Below are positions 1-9,824 of a DNA stretch of 35,134 nucleotides, one piece after another. The notes beneath the pieces are model-generated. The model was not told the DNA's origin. It was given only the letters and a program-made list of their open reading frames with translations, and made no database searches. Source of the DNA: Candidatus Onthoplasma faecigallinarum (GTDB taxonomy: Bacteria; Bacillota; Clostridia; Christensenellales; UBA1242); contig DVMB01000071.1 in NCBI GenBank assembly GCA_018715225.1, positions 1 through 35,134 on the forward strand, in the 5' to 3' direction. The position numbers were made by a program, and so were the translations under genes. Within the stretch, counting starts at the first letter, position 1. The number at the start of each line of letters is the position of its first letter.

Positions 1-1417
1 TGGCATCATGGGCGGAATAGAGAGCGGAACATATCCTGACACAAAAAATGTATTGTTAGAAAGTGCCAATTTCTATTACGCCAACATTCGACGCAGTTCG
101 CACGCTCTCGGGCTAAGCAGTGATAGTAGCATACGTTACGCAAAAGGAGTGAATGTTGAAAATACCGATATTGGTTTGAAACGTGCTTTGAATATAATCA
201 CAAAATTAAAAGCGGGAAATATCTCAAACGTCATTGTCGATAAAAACAATGGTCTACCTAAACCTCGCACAATCAAAAGCAATATTGTGAGGATCAACGA
301 ACGTCTTGGTCTAAATATAGAGACTGATGTCATGGTAGATATATTGAATCGTTTGGATATAAAGACACATGTAGAGGGCGACAGCCTTGTGTCCACCCCA
401 CCAGCAAACAGGACTGACCTAGAGAGAGATTGCGATATATGCGAAGAAATAGGGCGAATCTACGGGCTAGATAAAATTTCTCAAGACGCTTCAACTTCCA
501 GCGACTTTTCTACCGTGGGCGAATTGACTGTTGAGCAGAAGAATATAAATAAGTTAAAAACTATGTCCGCCTATACTGGATACAATGAAATAATGACATG
601 GCAATTTGGTTCGCCAAAAACTATAACAAATGCAGGATTAGATCCAGACAAACATATAAAGATACTGAATCCTATCGGTCAAGATTATAGCGTGGTTCGT
701 ACTAGCCTAATTCCAGCCATGCTCAACACCATATCGTTTAACCTAAAACAAGGGAACAAAGATTTAAAACTATTTGAACTAGCACGAGTATTCATTGCTA
801 AACAATTACCTTTGACCGAACTACCTGATGAGCATAGTAATCTCTGCCTTAGTCTAACTGGAGATTATGATTTCTACAAATTGAAAAACGATTTGAACAA
901 AATCATGTCAAGTATTGGTGTTCATCTAGATTATAGACAAGCGAAAATTCCACAAATGCACCCAGGAATCTGTGCAGAAATATTGTTATACAATAGACCT
1001 GTAGGATATATTGGAGAAGTTCATCCAAATATTTTGAGCAACTTTGAGATATCTCAAAAAGTGTACATTGCGGAAATCAATCTGTCTAACGCAATAATTA
1101 GACTTAACGATAGACACACCGGCAACGCTCCAGAAAAATTACCTTATATCACTCGAGACCTTGCCTTTGTGCTAGACAAAGATGTCCCAGCAAACAAAAT
1201 CATAGAAGTTGCGTTAAAAGCAAACAGATCGAGTGTTGTCGCTTGTAAAATATTTGATGTCTACACATCAAAAAGCATTGGCGGAAACAAAAAGAGTGTG
1301 GCAATCACACTCTCAATAAAACAGGGTGAAAAACCTCTAAATGAAGCAGAGATCGCACCTATAGTTGATTCAGTTTTGCAGGCTGAAATCAAAAACTTTG
1401 ATGCAAAACTTAGATAG
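1..1417 (+). CDS. pheT: Phenylalanine--tRNA ligase beta subunit, C-terminal part (5' end outside window)
   Basis: GIMGG...VLLESANF, R-D-L...D-CEE-GRIYG B5 motif, NPIGQDYSVVRTSL, HPG, and a C-terminal FDX-ACB domain (RDLAFV...FDVY...KKSVA). Confidence 0.97.
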   Translation, partial: GIMGGIESGTYPDTKNVLLESANFYYANIRRSSHALGLSSDSSIRYAKGVNVENTDIGLKRALNIITKLKAGNISNVIVDKNNGLPKPRTIKSNIVRINERLGLNIETDVMVDILNRLDIKTHVEGDSLVSTPPANRTDLERDCDICEEIGRIYGLDKISQDASTSSDFSTVGELTVEQKNINKLKTMSAYTGYNEIMTWQFGSPKTITNAGLDPDKHIKILNPIGQDYSVVRTSLIPAMLNTISFNLKQGNKDLKLFELARVFIAKQLPLTELPDEHSNLCLSLTGDYDFYKLKNDLNKIMSSIGVHLDYRQAKIPQMHPGICAEILLYNRPVGYIGEVHPNILSNFEISQKVYIAEINLSNAIIRLNDRHTGNAPEKLPYITRDLAFVLDKDVPANKIIEVALKANRSSVVACKIFDVYTSKSIGGNKKSVAITLSIKQGEKPLNEAEIAPIVDSVLQAEIKNFDAKLR

Positions 1418-1423
1418 ACCAAA

Positions 1424-2656
1424 TTAATTCTCACTTTTTACCTTGATGTCAATATTAAATTTGATGCCATCAAGGTAATTTTTTTCGCCCACTGTACTCA
1501 AATACTCTTCAAATTGCTTATTTTTTAGATTATAAAAATGTTTATAAATACTTAACAAATCTACATCATTTGAAACACAAAACGAGATTGCGTCCAACAT
1601 GTCGAGTTGCACCTTTTCTTTTATCTTTTCCACAACTGCATCAGTCAAAAAGTCTTGTTCCCTACCTAACAGATTTTTATTAATCTCGTCTTCTATGATC
1701 TCATCTATAAATACAGTTAATCCCACTTCTGCATTGTAAACTGGCACACCGTTTTCAAATTTCGGTTTTATTTTAGTATCCTTTTTCAATATATTTAAAA
1801 CAATCTTGGCGTCATTATAAATATGGTCAGTTACATTTTCTATGACGATGCTACCTTTCTGTGCATCGTTTATAAATAGATTTATTTTCTTGACCATATC
1901 TGGAGTAATGTCCATGTATTTTTTACCCTCTTTAAATACAGAAATTGTCCCATCGTTCACAAGAAATTTTTTATTTTCCTCTCCATCTCCTGTTGTAGTC
2001 ATGTTTGAATTTGAACCTGAATCAGTGTTCGCCACCTCTATTGAATTATAGTCCTCTTCTGTCTCCATTTTGATTTTGGGCATGATGCCTAGCGGAACTT
2101 TGTTGTAATAACCTATATAAAAGGTCTCTATATTGCTATCTTGAGAAAGAATATATCGCTTGTCAAAATTTATGATTTCATCTAAATTTAGGGACTTTTC
2201 TAAACTTAAGTTAGATATCGCTTGGGCAAACTCGACAATCTCTCCTGTAAAATTTATAAGAATTGCGTTTCGTCCAACCTTTTTTGCCCTCGTCATATAA
2301 TCGAGTGCTTGCATCACTCCCTCTTCACAAAGTTCGTCGCCCAGTGCCATGATTCCACATTGAGCAAAACCCATCTCTTTTCCTATCGCTAAAGATACGC
2401 TATCCACTGCCGAGCCCAGCGTATCCCCCTCGCCTGAAAACACCTGATAGTTGGCTTTTTTGTCTTGAGAAGGAGTTAGAACAGTTACTGCCACTTTGAT
2501 TTTATCCTCCACTTTGTCCACACACAACATTGTAACGATCGCATCAGTCTGGCTCATCGCCGGCTCGTTGACGGTAGGAAGGGTAAAAATCAAAACTATG
2601 ATAGACAACCACAACACCAATTTTCTAGGACTGAATAATGTTTTTAATTTTTTCAT
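1424..2656 (-). CDS. gerAC: Ger(x)C-family spore germination receptor subunit C
   Basis: Third gene of an overlapping gerA-B-C trio. It has 'GEGDTLGSAV', 'GDELCEEGV..ALDY..R' and a C-terminal 'DLL...F' as in GerAC. No lipobox Cys. Confidence 0.85.
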   Translation of the reverse strand: MKKLKTLFSPRKLVLWLSIIVLIFTLPTVNEPAMSQTDAIVTMLCVDKVEDKIKVAVTVLTPSQDKKANYQVFSGEGDTLGSAVDSVSLAIGKEMGFAQCGIMALGDELCEEGVMQALDYMTRAKKVGRNAILINFTGEIVEFAQAISNLSLEKSLNLDEIINFDKRYILSQDSNIETFYIGYYNKVPLGIMPKIKMETEEDYNSIEVANTDSGSNSNMTTTGDGEENKKFLVNDGTISVFKEGKKYMDITPDMVKKINLFINDAQKGSIVIENVTDHIYNDAKIVLNILKKDTKIKPKFENGVPVYNAEVGLTVFIDEIIEDEINKNLLGREQDFLTDAVVEKIKEKVQLDMLDAISFCVSNDVDLLSIYKHFYNLKNKQFEEYLSTVGEKNYLDGIKFNIDIKVKSEN

Positions 2657-3752
2657 CTGTCTTCTCTCCTTGTTTAATATTCTTCCTTCTATTCTTTACC
2701 GCATAACCAATCAACAACAAGAAAGGTACAATATATTGTGAAACTAACGTGATGATTGAAGCAAAATGGGTAAAGAAAACTTTTTCTAGTCCTATTGTAT
2801 TTTCTCCAATCAAACTCCAAAGGAACAAATAAATCAACACTATCAATATCGATAAGGTATTTCCTTTTATATTAAATAACATTTTTAGACCTTGGACAAT
2901 ACAATAACAATACAACGCCAACTGAACTGCCTGTGCCACTATCCACAATGACACCACCAGCCAAGACAGTTCATTGATGCTAGATTGCCCACTCGTAAAT
3001 TGGCTTATATCGCTGATGCAATAATTATGTGTAGGGCTGGTTACCTCAAAAAGTCCATAAAAAACAAAATACAAAAATTGCACCAAAAGGATAGCAAAAA
3101 TTATATATTTGACCATTTGACTTTTCTTTTCCTTAGAAAAATCAACCTTCCCAAACAGCATCAACAAAAAGGTAGCCGAACCGAACCAACTCAAATGCAC
3201 ATAAGCACTTTCAAATAACGGTAAAACTCCATCATGGAACATAGGTAAATACGACAGAATGTCGACCCCTGCAATCGCCTTAAGCCCAATATAGATGACC
3301 CCCACAACTATTGCCCAGCATATCATTTCGCTGACACGAGCGATGTTCCTTATCCCTTTGTATACCATGAATCCTACCAATATAATCAATGGCAGGACAA
3401 AAACTACCCAGTTGAATTCTGTATACAGATTTTCCACGACAAAAAATTCTAGACCCTTTGAGATGTTTGCCGATACGAGTGCATATTTGATAATCAGTAC
3501 GATCAATATGATTTTGCTCAAAACTGGACCTAGACATTCACGCATAAATTCGTATAGATTTTTTTGCCCACTTTTTTTCATGAGGTCAAGTATCAAAAAG
3601 ACATATAGTCCATCTACTATCATCAAGACCAAAGCCACTAAATAACTCATGTTCCCGCTAATAACATACATCAAACTTGGCAGAGCCAAAAATTTTAAAG
3701 CAATGAAGCTCATGAAAACCATAATGGAGAGTTGTCTATAATTAATCTTCAT
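2625..3752 (-). CDS. gerAB: GerAB-family (APC-fold) germination receptor subunit B
   Basis: About 10 TM segments, 'INYRQ...LP', 'KGIRNIARVSE' and 'YLPMF..G'. Lies between the A and C subunit genes. Confidence 0.88.
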   Translation of the reverse strand: MKINYRQLSIMVFMSFIALKFLALPSLMYVISGNMSYLVALVLMIVDGLYVFLILDLMKKSGQKNLYEFMRECLGPVLSKIILIVLIIKYALVSANISKGLEFFVVENLYTEFNWVVFVLPLIILVGFMVYKGIRNIARVSEMICWAIVVGVIYIGLKAIAGVDILSYLPMFHDGVLPLFESAYVHLSWFGSATFLLMLFGKVDFSKEKKSQMVKYIIFAILLVQFLYFVFYGLFEVTSPTHNYCISDISQFTSGQSSINELSWLVVSLWIVAQAVQLALYCYCIVQGLKMLFNIKGNTLSILIVLIYLFLWSLIGENTIGLEKVFFTHFASIITLVSQYIVPFLLLIGYAVKNRRKNIKQGEKTDEKIKNIIQS

Positions 3753-5196
3753 CTTCGCCTCTCCTGATTGAATGTTTTCGATTGTTGGCTATTGATTTTG
3801 GCCTAAGTTTCATCTCCTTTATCGTCTTTCGCATAAAGGTATCCTTTTGGTCCTCTGGAATATATGGTGCGGTCGGTGCTAGATACGCACTTTTGTAACT
3901 GTCAAAACTGGACAAGTACGATACAACAAACACGCAGAACAAAAGCACTCCATATAGCCCTAAACATGCCCCAATTATGACCGCACACAATCTCAAAATG
4001 CTGAATTGAGCAGCCTGACCTGGAATGATATAGAACGCTATGCCCGACAGCGCCACGATCATAACGGCGGGAGGGCTGACTAGCCCCGCATTGACTGCTG
4101 TCTCGCCTAGGATCAATGCCCCCACAATAGACATAGCCATGCCAAAATATTGTGGCATACGTAAATTCGCTTCATACAATATTTCAAACAGCAAGATTAC
4201 AAACAAGATTTCCACAAACGGAGAAAATGGTATGCCTTGCGTCGTATTCATGATTGTAATCAAAAATTCTGTTGGCAAGATCTTGTAATGATATTTTTCT
4301 AGAGCGATATATAACCCCGGTAATAGTACCGCTAGAATGACGCCCACAAATCGCAGCACTCTAACAAATGCCACTCTAATAGGTTGGCTATAATAATCAT
4401 CGCTATTTTGCAGTTCTTCCAGCAACGTAAATGGCAGGGTCAGTACAATAGGACTCCCGTCCACCATGATACCTACTCGTCCTTCCAGCATTTTGCCCAC
4501 CAAAATATCTGGTTTTTCCACATCGCCAATCTGTTTGAACAAAGAATGAGTGTTTCTCTGTAGATACGAAACTAAATAATGGCTATCTATTATGCCATCT
4601 ATTTTTATTTTCTCTAGTCTCTTGGTAATGTCTTTTACCACACTTTTATCAGCAAGAGAATCAAAATAGACTATAGCGATTTGTGTCTTCGTGAGTTTGC
4701 CTATCTCCATCATTTTGACAACGAAATCTGCTGACTTTACCCTCCTACGTATTAGTGCCAAATTGTATTTTATGCTTTCGTTGAAACCTTCTCGAGGTCC
4801 TTTTATTACCACACTTGTAGGAGGTTCTTCCACCGAACGTACTGTAATTTTTTCTAGATCGCACCCCAGTATTAAATCTGCTCCGTCTACTAACAACAAA
4901 GTGTTGCCTGCAAGCATCTTGTCTATGGCGGTTTGCAGATCAGCACACTCAGTTACTTCTTGGTTTGCCAACACTTTTTCTTTCAATGTAGTAAGGGCAT
5001 CTTGCCCTTTTTCAAACGGATAACTGAGCATTGGAGATAGTATCGTGTTGTTCAGCAACAGATTGTCTGTGATTGGAGCAAAATAACAAATTGATACCTG
5101 CGTGCCAAAAAACTGCATGGTTCGTGTCTTTAAATCACTACTTTCATGCAGTTTTGTCTTTATCTCATTTAGTGTTTTTACTGCATCGACTTTCAT
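3742..5196 (-). CDS. gerAA: GerAA-family spore germination receptor subunit A
   Basis: RSVEEP...KGPREGFNE, EKPD....LEGRV..VDGSP, 'EA.LRMP', 'SIVGALILG..AV.AGL', 'YLAP.AP'. Confidence 0.96.
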   Translation of the reverse strand: MKVDAVKTLNEIKTKLHESSDLKTRTMQFFGTQVSICYFAPITDNLLLNNTILSPMLSYPFEKGQDALTTLKEKVLANQEVTECADLQTAIDKMLAGNTLLLVDGADLILGCDLEKITVRSVEEPPTSVVIKGPREGFNESIKYNLALIRRRVKSADFVVKMMEIGKLTKTQIAIVYFDSLADKSVVKDITKRLEKIKIDGIIDSHYLVSYLQRNTHSLFKQIGDVEKPDILVGKMLEGRVGIMVDGSPIVLTLPFTLLEELQNSDDYYSQPIRVAFVRVLRFVGVILAVLLPGLYIALEKYHYKILPTEFLITIMNTTQGIPFSPFVEILFVILLFEILYEANLRMPQYFGMAMSIVGALILGETAVNAGLVSPPAVMIVALSGIAFYIIPGQAAQFSILRLCAVIIGACLGLYGVLLFCVFVVSYLSSFDSYKSAYLAPTAPYIPEDQKDTFMRKTIKEMKLRPKSIANNRKHSIRRGEDED

Positions 5197-5230
5197 TAAG
5201 TGTAGTTTAACTAATCGTCGAAAATTTATA

Positions 5231-8200
5231 CTAACTAAATTCTAATGTGAATATATATGTGGTCATTTCATTCACTGTATCGTACAGGTTGATGACGTCG
5301 ACATTCACATTCTCATAAATTGAATTGCTGTAGTAAGAATTTATGTCGGCAACAATCGTTTCAATCGTAGAGTTAGAAGGTAGAGAGGTATTCCCCATCA
5401 TAGCACTTCTGCTGACCCTAAATTCGAAACTGCTCCTATTTGATTCGTTCACCAACAATTGATTGTATTTAGCATACAGAACTGCGTTCATGACGTATGC
5501 TTGTAATTGACTATAGCCTTGGGTTCGGTCGTATATTTGATATGTAACCTGACCATTTTCAATATATTCTTTCATATAAGTGAAGTCATCTATATCGCTT
5601 CCTGCTCCGCTGATAGTAGCGTTGATTTCATCTACTGTCATGCCAAAGGTTGCGTTTGCATAATAATCATATGTCGTGTTGCTGACTGGAAGATTGACCA
5701 AATTGCTCTCTAATAAATTTAGATGTTCGCTTAAGAAACTGTCTGTAACTAAGAAATACAAGTGCGAGGACATACCATAGCAATCTCTAAAATTATAAGG
5801 AACATAATAGTTGTCCGAATAAGTCAAATCTAATGAATACCATATTCGTGCATTGTTGTTGTCGGTAACGTCTAGATAGACTTTGTTCCAACTGTGATCT
5901 ATGCTGACATTATCGCCATTCAAGACGTAGGTATATGTCCCGTTGACTTTCCTCGTCTCTATTCCCTCTATTGCACATAGTAGAGTGAAGGCTTTTGAAT
6001 ATGCTTCTGCTGTCGCATTCCTGTTGCCGAGATAAAATTCGCCGTCATGTCCGCCCACTGCACTATTGTTCAAATCATAGAAAATACCTTCTATATAAAA
6101 TTCTTTCCTTAATCCATAATCAGCGACCGTTCCTTCCACTATTGATCCACCAGAAGTGGTCCTGTTCGCATAGTAGTTCAAATTGTATGCATATTCCAAC
6201 CAATCGAATATCGCAGTAACTTTTTCTAAATCTGTCATATTGTTGTTGATAATCGCAACCAAGACAGATTTTGCGTTGGCATACACCTGCTCTGCCACTG
6301 CACTATCCCCAACAAATCTTGGTTTTCTGCCGTATTGTACCGCCATCAATAATTGTTCGGTAGTGGTTACGTCCATCTCAGGTAGAGAATCTATCGCAAA
6401 ACTTGTAGTCGTGTTTCTCCTAGAGTAGATGTCCAAATACTGATAGTCATTGCCGTAATCGGTAGCCAGTTGAATATATGTGTTTGGAGTATCCACCTTT
6501 GGCTCATCTAATAGATTTTCATAATATATTTTGAACATTTGACTATTTGTATCGTGTGATACATTGATCTCGCTCAATACATTTAATTCTGGATATAGTT
6601 CAAGAAGTTTTTCACATAGATAACTAAAAATCGTACTTTCACTGGATGATTCAAGATGACCCAACCAAACATCATCGCCCGCAAAATTATATAATACTGA
6701 ATCGGTCGCTTCTTGAGCCAAACGCTCTAACGCCTCTACCACACTCTCTCCTTCATTTAGACGCAGATACATGCTGAGCATGTGTTCATCATCTACTCCA
6801 AATAGATAATGATACCACAACAAGTTCATTAAGTCGTTCACATCGTCAATGGCAAAATCATAATAACTTCCATACATATACACCGAATATCTCTCAAAAT
6901 CATGTTGAATGGTGTATGTGTAGTAGATAGACCAGTCATCACTGAATGGACTAGAGGTATATTCCATAGCGTTGTTCCCGGTAGAATTTACCATTGATTT
7001 TATGGATACTAAATAGTTTCCTTCTACCGTAATACTATCGTTGATGTTGTACATATCCGTGTCATACGCATGATATTCATCTATTTCGCCATTAGGATCA
7101 GTAACTCTAATGATATAATAATCAGCATGGTCGTCCCCCGTCCATGTAACCAAGAATTCGTCTGCAGAATTATTGGCATATCGTATATCTGTCGGGGTGT
7201 TTAATGTCGTCAATTTATTTAGTACTGCATATGTGCTTGATTCGTCCGAATCTCCATAATAACTATTTTTAGGAGCCAGAGCCGTAACATAAATATAATA
7301 TTCTCCCGCCTGACGAACATATTCTGTAATATCGGTCGATTGTATAACCTCGAACGGATTTTGTAGCCCTAAATCGTATAGATAATCTGTATAAGTGCCA
7401 TCATTGATCTTGACAATTCGCACTCTGTATGAAGCCGCATTGTCCTGCATGTCAAAAGACAACGTATAGATACCATCATTCTCTGCAACTCGTATGTTGG
7501 TCACCTGATTCAACTGCATTGTTAGGACAAATTCGTATGTGGCGTAACTGCTTGGCTTGACGCTTTCGCTATCGCTTGGCAAGGCTCTAACCATAATCGT
7601 ATAACTATTGGCAGATGATACGTAATTCGTGATGTCTACTTCATATAAATTTAAGCCAAAAGTAGCAGGGACATTGATTGTATTGAAGTTTACCATCACT
7701 TCGTATCTTGAGGCAAATTCTACCCCATAAAAACATAGATAATAATATGTCCTTCCATTTATTACCCTTCGAACGACTGGAGCGGGCTCATTGCTATCAT
7801 TTCTCAAAAATTCTGGAGTCGACAACACTCTTTGATGAGAGACTACCAACGAGCCTAGACTCGTCAACGCACTATTTGTGTACCCGCTATAAGGTGCTGC
7901 CACCGCCTGAATCTGCACATAATAATCTCTATATTCGCCCTCTTTTATGATGTACTGAGATAAGTCAATCACAGTGGAGGTAAACAATCTATTGATCCTC
8001 ACCGCTTCGGTATTGTCTCTCCCCATCAAGTATACATAATAGCCAATCGCATTATTAACTCCAGTAAAGGTCAACACATATGGTTCGCTATCTTGGAACC
8101 CTTGTCCGCTACCGATTATTGGAGTAGCCAACTGTATGGTATAACTCAATTCTGCTCTCACAGTCTTGATTGCAAAGTCAGCAGATATTATATGTATAGT

Positions 8201-9682
8201 GATATGTTCTATTACGCCATCGTATGCCAACAAATCTATATAGTTAGTTTGTAGCATGACGATATTGTTGTCCAATTCCACAATATATGTAGCACCTGGC
8301 ACTTCCGTCCATTGAACACCATTATTTGATAGAGAAATCTCTATATCTTCATCTATCGTTGAAGAAGTTTTATTCACAAAATTACTAAAAGGACTTGATA
8401 TATATGCCCCTTGTCCTACCGCTTGAACAAACACTACATTATAATCGTCTGGAAGAGTAAAAGTGCTGATATTTTTGTCCAAGGTGTATTTATCAACAAG
8501 ACTATTATTTTCTGTAAATATGTAGAGATTAAATCCACTTGTATTGCTGAGATTTTCTCCCACCCAACTCGCAATATATCTTTGACTCAATTCATCAAAA
8601 TTTACTTCCAAAACAGGAGCCTCTAGTCTAGTTGTGTTTGAATAATATGTAGCAGTTGTAAAATTCGAATCTATATAATATTTTTCTTGTTCATTAGTCG
8701 TAACATAATTTGCCTGTACTCTAAACTCATACTGCTTTAGTTGCGTCAAGTCAAGAGTCGCTCCATTGATCACAACATCTCTAAAGAATACATTAAGATT
8801 GATGTCCACCATATTGTCCGTCATGCTAAGAGATGGCTCGACAGAGTTTAATTCAATGGTCTTGACATACTCGCCTGAGCGAATGGTAATGGCATTGGCG
8901 TTTGGATCTAGCACAGTTATAAGGTGCAATAACTCCTCTCCTCCCACGCTCGTCACGCTATAAATTGATGGCGATGTAGGGGTATCTAGTGGTACTTCAT
9001 TGAAATATACTGTCTTGCTGGTATATCCGCTGTCTGTATAACGGCTGTCATAACTCACTGCATTGACATAAAATTTATAATATCCCGCCCCTGTCAACAA
9101 TGAAGAAAAATCAAATCTATTTGTACTAAACTGATATGATGATATTTCTGTAGAATTCGCTACACTTTCAGCATCGTCTAGGGCAAGGTCGTCATACGGA
9201 GTAACCACTTTTACTAGATAAAAACTAGCATTTTCTACCGCCTCCCAAGTGAGAACTGTACCATTTATCTGCACATTGTTAGGTTTAGACATCTGTATGG
9301 TATGAGTATACGAAATTGTATTTGTATAATCACTTGACCTTTTGCTCTCTCCTCTAGCCTGTACTCGTATACTATAACTTTCTCCCAAAACAAAAATCTT
9401 TGACGCATCGTATTGCAGGTAATTTATACCATTGTATGTATATAGATCAACGAAATTGCTCTCTAGCGGAAAGACATTTAATTCCACATCGTTAATCGCT
9501 ATTGTATAATAATCTTCGCTCTCATCCTCATTTGAACTGCGTTCAAAAGTGATGAGTCCGCCCGTCTCTACAGTCAAATTGTTTGGAGTCTCAAGAGTCT
9601 GCCTGTTGAAATTGGAACACCCCGTAATCAAAAAAGGCAACACCAAACATATAGATAAAACTAAAATTTTAAATTTTTTCAT
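5231..9682 (-). CDS. Large lipoprotein with tandem Fn3-like modules and a C-terminal transglutaminase-like domain (catalytic Cys absent)
   Basis: Lipobox LITGC (Cys22). Repeated 'L.TP....W/F..V.NA..Y.V...G.Y...V.A.....S' units. C-terminal 'DLEKV.AIFDWL...ATAEAYSKAF.LLC..EGI....V.G...HSWNKV...WY.LDLT'. SD-like AGGGG upstream. Confidence 0.85.
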   Translation of the reverse strand: MKKFKILVLSICLVLPFLITGCSNFNRQTLETPNNLTVETGGLITFERSSNEDESEDYYTIAINDVELNVFPLESNFVDLYTYNGINYLQYDASKIFVLGESYSIRVQARGESKRSSDYTNTISYTHTIQMSKPNNVQINGTVLTWEAVENASFYLVKVVTPYDDLALDDAESVANSTEISSYQFSTNRFDFSSLLTGAGYYKFYVNAVSYDSRYTDSGYTSKTVYFNEVPLDTPTSPSIYSVTSVGGEELLHLITVLDPNANAITIRSGEYVKTIELNSVEPSLSMTDNMVDINLNVFFRDVVINGATLDLTQLKQYEFRVQANYVTTNEQEKYYIDSNFTTATYYSNTTRLEAPVLEVNFDELSQRYIASWVGENLSNTSGFNLYIFTENNSLVDKYTLDKNISTFTLPDDYNVVFVQAVGQGAYISSPFSNFVNKTSSTIDEDIEISLSNNGVQWTEVPGATYIVELDNNIVMLQTNYIDLLAYDGVIEHITIHIISADFAIKTVRAELSYTIQLATPIIGSGQGFQDSEPYVLTFTGVNNAIGYYVYLMGRDNTEAVRINRLFTSTVIDLSQYIIKEGEYRDYYVQIQAVAAPYSGYTNSALTSLGSLVVSHQRVLSTPEFLRNDSNEPAPVVRRVINGRTYYYLCFYGVEFASRYEVMVNFNTINVPATFGLNLYEVDITNYVSSANSYTIMVRALPSDSESVKPSSYATYEFVLTMQLNQVTNIRVAENDGIYTLSFDMQDNAASYRVRIVKINDGTYTDYLYDLGLQNPFEVIQSTDITEYVRQAGEYYIYVTALAPKNSYYGDSDESSTYAVLNKLTTLNTPTDIRYANNSADEFLVTWTGDDHADYYIIRVTDPNGEIDEYHAYDTDMYNINDSITVEGNYLVSIKSMVNSTGNNAMEYTSSPFSDDWSIYYTYTIQHDFERYSVYMYGSYYDFAIDDVNDLMNLLWYHYLFGVDDEHMLSMYLRLNEGESVVEALERLAQEATDSVLYNFAGDDVWLGHLESSSESTIFSYLCEKLLELYPELNVLSEINVSHDTNSQMFKIYYENLLDEPKVDTPNTYIQLATDYGNDYQYLDIYSRRNTTTSFAIDSLPEMDVTTTEQLLMAVQYGRKPRFVGDSAVAEQVYANAKSVLVAIINNNMTDLEKVTAIFDWLEYAYNLNYYANRTTSGGSIVEGTVADYGLRKEFYIEGIFYDLNNSAVGGHDGEFYLGNRNATAEAYSKAFTLLCAIEGIETRKVNGTYTYVLNGDNVSIDHSWNKVYLDVTDNNNARIWYSLDLTYSDNYYVPYNFRDCYGMSSHLYFLVTDSFLSEHLNLLESNLVNLPVSNTTYDYYANATFGMTVDEINATISGAGSDIDDFTYMKEYIENGQVTYQIYDRTQGYSQLQAYVMNAVLYAKYNQLLVNESNRSSFEFRVSRSAMMGNTSLPSNSTIETIVADINSYYSNSIYENVNVDVINLYDTVNEMTTYIFTLEFS

Positions 9683-9708
9683 ATTACCCCTAATAATCTA
9701 TTTAGATT

Positions 9709-9737
9709 ATTATACCCAAATAATCGTCATAAATCAA
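9709..9737 (-). promoter_or_regulatory. sigmaA-type promoter of the lipoprotein gene
   Basis: Minus strand reads TTGATT-17 nt-TATAAT. Confidence 0.7.
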
Positions 9738-9780
9738 ATAATTTAGACAAAATATATTTTTTATATTATTTTTAAGAATA

Positions 9781-9808
9781 TCATATTCAGTGAATTTACA
9801 CATAAATT
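9781..9808 (+). promoter_or_regulatory. Possible sigmaE-like sporulation promoter for the PRC-barrel gene
   Basis: TCATATT-13 nt-CATAAATT resembles the B. subtilis sigmaE consensus, but the spacing is slightly short. Confidence 0.3.
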
Positions 9809-9824
9809 ATTTTTAGAGGTAAAT

